A stretch of 64,000 nt of DNA from the human T2T-CHM13v2.0 reference genome, Homo sapiens. Shown in pieces: positions 56,101 to 64,000 of this stretch. Every line of letters starts with the position of its first letter. Within the stretch, counting starts at the first letter, position 1. The stretch is from NCBI RefSeq assembly GCF_009914755.1, contig NC_060933.1; one strand, 5' to 3'. The translations under genes were made by a program, and so were the position numbers. The notes under the pieces are model-generated. The model saw only the letters and a list, made by a program, of their open reading frames with translations. It was not told the DNA's origin and made no database searches.

Positions 56101-58779
56101 GGAATGGAATGGAATGGAATGGAATGGAATGGAATCAACCCGAGTGCAATGGAATGGAGTGGAATGGAATGGAAAGGAATGGAACAACCCGAATGGAATG
56201 GAATGTAATGGAGAGTAAGGGAGTTGAATAGAATCAATCCGAATGTAATGGAATGGAATAGAACGGAATGGAATGGAATGGAATGGAATGGAATGGAATG
56301 GAATGGAATGCAATGGAATTGAATCAACCTGAGTACAATGGAATGGAATGGAATGGAATGGAATGGAATGGAATGGAATGGAATGATACGGAATAGAATG
56401 GAATGGAACGAAATGGAATGGAATGGAATGGAATGGAATGGAATGGAATGGAATGGAATGGAATCGTTCCGAGTGGAATAGGAGGGAATGTATTCTAGTG
56501 GAATGGAAAGGAATGGTATCAACCAGAGTGGAATGGAAGGGAATGGAATGGAATGGAATCTAATAGAATGGAATCAACCCGAGTGGAATGGAATGGAAAG
56601 GACTGGAATGGAATGGAATGGAATGGAATCAACTCGATTGTAATGGAATGGAATGGAATGGAATGGAATGGAATGGAATGGAATGGAATTATCCCGAATA
56701 CAATGGAATGGAATGGAATGGAACGGAATGGAGTGGAATGGAATGGAATCAACCCGAGTGCAGGGGAATGTAATGGAATGGAATGCAATGGAATGGAATC
56801 ATCCGGAATGGAATGGAATGGAATGGAATGCAAAGCAATGGAATCAACTCGATTGCAATGGAATGGAATGGAATGGAAAGGAATACATTGGAATCACCCC
56901 GAGTGGAATGGAATGGAAAGGACTGGAATGGAGTGGAATGGAATGGAATGGAATGGAAAGGAATCAACTCGATTGGAATGGAATGGAATGGAATGGTACG
57001 GAATAGAATGGAATGGAACGAATTGTAATGGAATGGAATTGAATGGAATGGAATGGAATGGAATGGAATCAACGCGAGTGCAGGGGAATGTAATGGAACG
57101 GAATGCAATGGAATGGAATCATCCGGAATGGAATGGAATGGAATGGAATGGAATGGAATGGAATGGAACGGAACGGAATGGAATGGAATGGAATGGAATG
57201 GAATGGAATCAACTTGATTGGAATGGAATGGAATGGAATGGAATGGAATGGAAAGGAATGGAATTAAACCGAATAGAAAGGAATGGAATGGAATGGAACG
57301 GAACGGAACGGAACGGAATGGAATGGAATGGAATGGAATGGAATAAACGCGAGTGCAGGGGAATGGAATGGAATGGAATGCAATGGAATGGAATCTTCCA
57401 GAATGGAATGGAATGGAATGGAATGGAATGCAATGGATTCAACTCGATTGCAATGGAATGGAATAGAATGGAATGGAATGGAATGGAATGGAATTAACCC
57501 GAATAGAATGGAATGGAATGGAATGGAACGGAAAGGAACGGAATGGAATGGAATGGAATGGAATGGTATGGAATGGAATGGAATGGTACGGAAGAGAATG
57601 GAAAGGAAAGAATTGGAATGGAATGGAATCGAATGGAATGGAATGGAATGGAATGGAATGGAATCAACCCGAGTGCAGGGGAATGTAATGGAACGGAATG
57701 TAATGGAATGGAATCATCCGGAATGGAATGGAATGGAATGGAATGGAATGGAATGGAATGGAACCAACCCGATTGTGATGGAATGGAATGGAATGGAATG
57801 GAATGGAATGGAATGGAATTAACCCGAATACAATGCCATGGAATGGAATGGAACGGAATGGAGTGGAATGGAATGGAATCAACCCGAGTGCAGGGGAATG
57901 GAATGGAATGGAATGCAATGGAATGGAATCATCCGGAATGGAATGGAATGGAGTGGAATGCAAAGCAATGGAATCAACTCGATTGCAATGGAATGGAATG
58001 GAATGGAAAGGAATACATTGGAATCAACCCGAGTGGAATGAAATGGAAAGGACTAGAATGGAGTGGAATGGAATGGAATGGAATGGAATGGAATCAACTC
58101 GATTGGAATGGAATGGAATGGAATGGAATGGAATTAACCCAAATATAATGGAATGGAATAGAATGGAATGGAACGGAACAGAGTGGAATGGAATGGATTG
58201 GAATGGAATGGAATGGAATGGAATCAACCCGACTGCAGGGGAATGGAATGGAATGGAATGCAATGGAATGGATTCAACTTGAATGGAATGGAAAGAATGG
58301 AATCAACACGAGTGGAATGGCATGGATTGGAATGGAATGGAATGGAATCAACCCGAGTACAGGGGAATGGATTAGAATGGAATGCAATGGAATGGAATCA
58401 TCAGTAACGGAATGGAAAGGAATGGAATGGAATGGAATGGAATGGAATGGAATGGAATGGAATGGAATCAACTCGATTGAAATCGAATGGAATGGAATGG
58501 AATTAACCCGAATAGAATGGAATGCAATGGAATGGAACGGAACGGAATGGAATGGAATGGAATGGAATGGAACGGAACGGAATAGAATGGAATGGAACGA
58601 ATTGTAATGGAATGGAATTGAATGGAATGGAATGGAATGGAATCAACGCGAGTGCAGGGGAATGTAATGGAACGGAATGCAATGGAATGGAATCATCCGG
58701 AATGGAATGGAATGGAATGGAATGGAATGGAATGGAATGGAATCTTCCGGAATGGAATGGAATGGAATGGAATGGAATG

Positions 58780-60680
58780 GAATGCAATGGATTCAACTCG
58801 ATTGCAATGGAATAGAATAGAATGGAATGGAATGGAATGGAATGGAATTAAACCGAATAGAATGGAATGGAATGGAATGGAACCGAACGGAACGGAACGG
58901 AACGGAACGGAGTGGAAGGGAATGGAATGGAATTGTATGGAATGGAATGGCATGGTACGGAATAGAATGGAATGGAAAGAAATGGAATGGAATGGAATCG
59001 AATGGAATGGAATGGAATGGAATGGAATCAACCCGAGTGCAGGGGAATGTAATGGAACGGAATGCAATGGAATGGAATCATCCGGAATGGAATGGACTGG
59101 AATGGAATGGAATGGAATGGAATGGAATGGAATCAACCCGCGTGCAATGGAATGGAGTGGAACGGAATGGAATGGAATAGAACAACCCGAATGGAATGGA
59201 ATGTAATGGAGAGTAAGGGAGTTCAATAGAATCAATCCGAATGTAATGGAATGGAACGGAATGGAATGGAATGGAATGGAATGGAATGCAATGGAATGGA
59301 ATCAACCCGAGTACAATGGAACGGAATATAATGTAATGTAATGGAATGGAATGGAATGGAATGGAATGGAATGGAATGGAATCAACCCGAGTGCAATGGA
59401 ATGGAGAGGAATGGAATGGAATGGAATGGAAACTACCCGAATGGAATGGAATGGAATGGAGTGTAAGGGAATTGAATAGAATCAATCCGAAAGGAATGGA
59501 ATGGTATGGAACGGAATGTAATGTAATGGAATGGAATGGAATCAACCCGAGTGCAGGGGAATGGAATGGAATGGAATGCAATGGAATGGAATCTTCCGGA
59601 ATGGAATGGAATGGAATGCAATGGAATGGAATGGAATGGAATCAACCTGAGTGCAATGGAATGGACTGAAATGGAATGGAATGGAATGGAAACAACCAGA
59701 ATGCAATGGAATGCACTCGGGTTGATTCCATTCCATTGCATTCCATTCCATTCCATTCCATTCCTTTCCGTTCCATTCCATTTCATTACATTCAGATTGA
59801 TTCTATTCAATTCCCTTACACTCCATTATATTCCAATCCATTCTGGTTGTTTCCATTCCATTCCATTCCATTTCACTCCATTCCTTTGCACTCGGGTTGA
59901 TTCCATTCCATTCCATTCCATTCCATTCCGGATGATTCCATTCCATTGCATTCCATTCCATTCCATTCCCCTGCACTCGGGTTGATTCCATTGCAGTCCA
60001 TTACATTACATTCCGTTCCATTACATTCCATTCCATTCGGATTGATTCTATTCAATTCCCTTACACTTCATTACATTCCATTCCATTCGGGTAGTTTCCA
60101 TTCCATTCCATTCCTTTCCTCTCTATTCCATTGCACTCGGGTTGATTCCATTCCATTCCATTCCATTCCATTCCATTCCATTCCATTCCATTCCATTGTA
60201 CTCGGGTTGATTCCATTCCATTGCATTCCATTCCATTCCATTCCATTCCATTCCGTTCCATTCCATTCCATTACATTCGGATTGATTCTATTCAACTCCC
60301 TTACTCTCCATTACATTCCATTCCATTCGGGTTGTTCCATTCCATTCCATTCCATTCCAATCCATTCCATGGCACTCGGGTTGGTTCCATTCCATTCCAT
60401 TCCATTGCATTCCATTCCATTCCATTCGATTCCATTCCATTCGATTCCATTCCATTCCAATTCTTTCCATTCCATTCTATTCTGTACCATTCCATTCCAT
60501 TCCATACAATTCCATTCCATTCCATTCCATTCCATTCCATTCCATTCGGTTACTTTCCGTTCCGTTCCGTTCCATACCATTCCATTCCATTCTATTCGGG
60601 TTAATTCCATTCCATTCCATTCCATTCCATTCCATTCCATTCTATTCCATTTCATTGCAATCGAGTTGAATCCATTGCAT
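58780..60680. repeat. Diverged ~0.9-kb inverted repeat arms (~58780-59711 and ~59831-60680) around J3
   Basis: ggaaacaaccagaatg (59688-59703) is the reverse complement of 59839-59854. Motif order mirrors outward, including the rare aattgtatgg (58931) / ccatacaatt (~60502). Confidence 0.75.
59704..59730. other. Strand-switch (inversion) junction J3 at palindromic TGCA (59712-59715)
   Basis: caatggaa-TGCA-ctcgggttgattcc: TGCA belongs to both the + motif ggaatgca(at) and the inverted motif (at)tgcactcgggttg. Confidence 0.95.
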
Positions 60681-63600
60681 TCCATTCCATTCCATTCCAT
60701 TCCATTCCATTCCATTCCATTCCTTTACATTCCATTACGGATGATTCCATTCCATTGCATTACATTCCATTCCATTCCCCTGTACTCGGGTTGATTCCAT
60801 TCCATTCCATTCCATTCCATTCTAATCCATTCCATTCCATTCCATTCCGTAAGATTCCATTCCATTTCATTCCATTCCATTCCATTCCCCTGCACTCACG
60901 TTGATTCCTTTCCATTCCATTCCTTTCCATTCCATTCCGTTCCGTTCCGTTCCATTCCATTCCATTCCATTCCATTCCGTTCCGTTCCGTTCCGTTCCGT
61001 TCCGTTCCATTCCATTCCATTCCATTCTATTCGGGTTAATTCCATTCCATTCCATTCCATTCCATTCCATTCCAATCGAGTTGATTCCATTCCATTCCAT
61101 TCCAGTCCATTCTATTCCATTCCACTCCATTCCAGTCCTTTCCATTCCATTCCACTCGGGTTGATTCCAATGTATTCCTTTCCATTCCATTCCATTCCAT
61201 TGCAATCGAGTAGATTCCATTGCTTTGCATTCCACTCCATTCCATTCCATTCCGGATGATTGCATTCCATTGCATTCCATTCCATTCCATTCCCCTGCAC
61301 TCGGGTTGATTCCATTCCATTCCACTCCATTCCGTTCCATTCCATTCCATGCCATTGTATTCGGGTTAATTCCATTCCATTCCATTCCATTCCATTCCAT
61401 TCCATTACAATCGAGTTGATTCCATTCCATTCCATTCCATTCCAGTCCTTTCCATTCCATTCCACTCGGGTTGATTCCATTCTATTAGTTTCCATTCCAT
61501 TCCATTCCCTTCCATTCCACTCTGGTTGATTCCATTCCTTTCCATTCCACTCGAATACATTCCCTCCTATTCCACTCGGAACCATTCCATTCCATTCCAT
61601 TCCATTCCATTCCATTCCATTCCATTCCATTTCATTCCATTCCATTCTATTCCGTATCATTCCATTCCATTCCATTCCATTCTATTCCATTCCATTCCAT
61701 TCCATTGTACTCGGGTTGATTCAATTCCATTGCATTCCATTCCATTCTATTCCATTCCATTCCGTTGCATTCCATTCCATTACATTCGGATTGATTCTAT
61801 TCAACTCCCTTACTCTCCATTACATTCCATTCCATTCGGGTTGTTCCATTCCATTCCATTCCATTGCACTCCATTCCATTGCACTCGGGTTGATTCCATT
61901 CCATTCCATTCCATTCCATTCCATTCCATTCCATTCCGGATGATTCCATTCCATTGCATTCCGTTCCATTACATTCCCCTGCACTCGCGTTGATTCCATT
62001 CCATTCCATTCAATTCCATTCCATTACAATTCGTTCCATTCCATTCTATTCCGTACCATTCCATTCCATTCCATACCATTCCATTCCATTCCATTCCATT
62101 CCGTTCCATTCCGTTCCATTCCATTCCATTCCATTCTATTCGAATTAATTCCATTCCATTCCATTCAATTCCATTCTATTCCATTCCATTGCAATAGAGT
62201 TGAATCCATTGCATTTCATTCCATTCCATTCCATTCCATTCCATTCCGGAAGATTCCAATCCATTGCATTCCATTCCATTCCATTCCCCTGCACTCGCGT
62301 TGATTCCATTCCATTCCATTCCATTCCATTCCATTCCATTCCATTCCATTCCATTCCGTTCCGTTCTATTCCATTCCATTCCATTCCATTCCATTCCATT
62401 CCGTTCCGTTCCATTCCATTCCATTCCATTCTATTCGGGTTAATTCCATTCCATTCCATTCGATTGCAATCGAGTTGATTCCATTCCCTAACATTCCATT
62501 CCATTCCATTCCATTCCATTCCATTCCTTTCCATTCCATTACGGATGATTCCATTCCATTCCATTCCATTCTTTTCCATTCCATTGCAATCGAGTTGAAT
62601 CCATTGCATTCCATTCTATTCCATTCCATTCCATTTCATTCAATTCCGGAAGATTCCATTCCATTGCATTCCATTCCATTCCATTCCATTACATTCCATT
62701 CCTTTCCATTCGATTGTACTCGGGTTGATTCCATTCCATTGCATTCCATTCCATTCCATTCCATTCCATTCCATTCCGTTCCATTCCATTCCATTACATT
62801 CGGATTGATTCTTTTCAACTCCCTTACTCTCCATTAGATTCCATTCCATTCGGGTTGTTCCATTCCATTCCTTTCCATTCCACTCCATTCCATTGCACTC
62901 GGGTTGATTCCATTCCATTCCATTCCATTCCATTCCGGATGATTCCATTCCATTGCATTCTGTTCCATTACGTTCCCCTGCACTCGGGTTGATTCCATTC
63001 CATTCCTTTCCATTCCATTCGATTCCATTCCATTCCCCTGCACTCGCCTTGATTCCATTCCATTCCACTCCGTTCCAATGCATTCCATTCCATTCCTTTC
63101 CGTTCCATTCCATTCCATTCCGTTCCGTTCCATTCCATTCCATTCCATTCTATTCGGGTTAATTCCATTCCATTCCATTCGATTGCAATCGAGTTGATTC
63201 CATTCCATTCCATTCCATTCCATTCCAGTCCTTTCCATTCCTTTCCATTCCATTACTGATGATTCCATTCCATTGCATTCCATTCCATTCCATTCCCCTG
63301 TACTGGGGTTGATTCCATTCCATTCCATTCCAATCCATGCCATTCCACTCGTGTAGATTCCATTCTTTCCTTTCCATTCAAGTTGAATCCATTCCATTGC
63401 ATTCCATTCCATTCCATTCCCCTGCAGTCGGGTTGATTCCATTCCATTCCATTCCATTCCATTCCATTCCATTCCATTCCGTTCCGTTCCATTCCATTCC
63501 ATTCCTTTCTATTCGAGTTAATTCCATTCCATTCCATTCCATTCCATTCCATTCCAATTAAGTTGATTCCATTCCATTCCATTCCATTCCATTCCATTCC

Positions 63601-64000
63601 ATTCCATTCCATTCCATTCCGTTCCATTGTACTCGGGTTGATTCCATTCCATTGCATTCCATACAATTCCATTTCGTTCCATTCCGTTCCTTTCCATTCC
63701 ATTACATTCGGATTGATTCTATTCAACTCCCTAACTCTCCATTACATTACATTCCATTCGGGTTGTTCCATTCCATTCCATTCCATTCCACTCCATTCCA
63801 TTGCACTCGGGTTGATTCCATTCCATTCCATTCCATTCAATTCCATTCCATTCCATTCCGGATGATTCCATTCCATTGCATTCCGTTCCATTACATTCCC
63901 CTGCACTCGGGTTGATTCCATTCCATTCCACTCCATTCCATTCGATTCCATTCCATTCCAATTCTTTCCATTCCATTCTATTCCGTAACATTCCATTCCA
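59714..64000 (-). repeat. HSat3 block 4, inverted orientation ((ATTCC)n on +)
   Basis: CATTC runs with the same reverse-complement motifs, continuing to the right edge. Confidence 0.98.

Larger units (their letters stand above)
41815..59713 (+). repeat. HSat3 block 3, G-rich strand on +, ~17.9 kb
   Basis: GGAAT runs resume at 41817 and continue to ...ggaatg|cactcgggttg at 59713. Confidence 0.98.

Noticed and set aside
15976-59713. J1-J3 distance (43.7 kb) close to the 44,255-bp duplication offset, suggesting J3 is a copy of J1
   Set aside because: Junction sequences and flanks differ, and exact identity stops at 1271/45526, so J3 is not a duplicate of J1.
4-63996. Hundreds of ORFs up to 343 aa (MEWNG... 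and IPFHS... repeats)
   Set aside because: A GGAAT repeat has an ATG every 5 bp and no stop codon in any frame on either strand, so long overlapping ORFs in all six frames are expected. There is no domain structure, splice context or frame preference.
1-64000. Repeat-spacer appearance resembling a CRISPR array
   Set aside because: The apparent spacers are a small recurring set of pentamer-derived words, the repeats vary in length, and there is no leader or cas gene.
1-64000. HSat2 (HSATII) assignment
   Set aside because: The HSat2 signature (CATTCGATTC-rich 23/26-bp units with ATGATG) is not dominant. Long pure GGAAT runs with CAACCCGA(A/G)T interruptions indicate HSat3.
1-64000. Telomeric repeats, alpha-satellite or canonical G-quadruplex motifs
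   Set aside because: I saw no TTAGGG arrays and no 171-bp periodicity, and G-tracts of three or more are too isolated for canonical three-tier G4 motifs.

Overview
The whole 64 kb window is Human Satellite 3-type (HSat3/SatIII) pericentromeric satellite: diverged (GGAAT)n/(ATTCC)n pentamer runs interrupted by a small vocabulary of CAAC(C/T/A/G)CGA-type motifs. I saw no unique sequence, gene, RNA gene, transposon or CRISPR array. All ORFs in the track are artefacts of a stop-free 5-mer (MEWNG / IPFHS repeats). The array switches strand three times, at 15976/15977, 41814/41815 and 59713/59714, giving four blocks: G-rich on +, C-rich on +, G-rich on +, C-rich on +. Each switch is a clean junction on a short palindrome or microhomology, and two of them have kb-scale mirror-image flanks. 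Bases 1-1271 recur without any difference I could find at 44256-45526 (offset 44,255), which suggests a very recent and possibly ~44 kb duplication. There are nested tandem duplications of 50 bp to 1.4 kb, a distinct sub-family island at ~45.5-51.7 kb, and about 35 perfect three-unit heat-shock elements (gGAAt-cTTCc-gGAAt). A pHuR98-like module and the inversion density point to the human chr9q12 array, but that is an inference from remembered sequence, not a database search. I found no convincing new gene system; the interesting signal is structural and regulatory.
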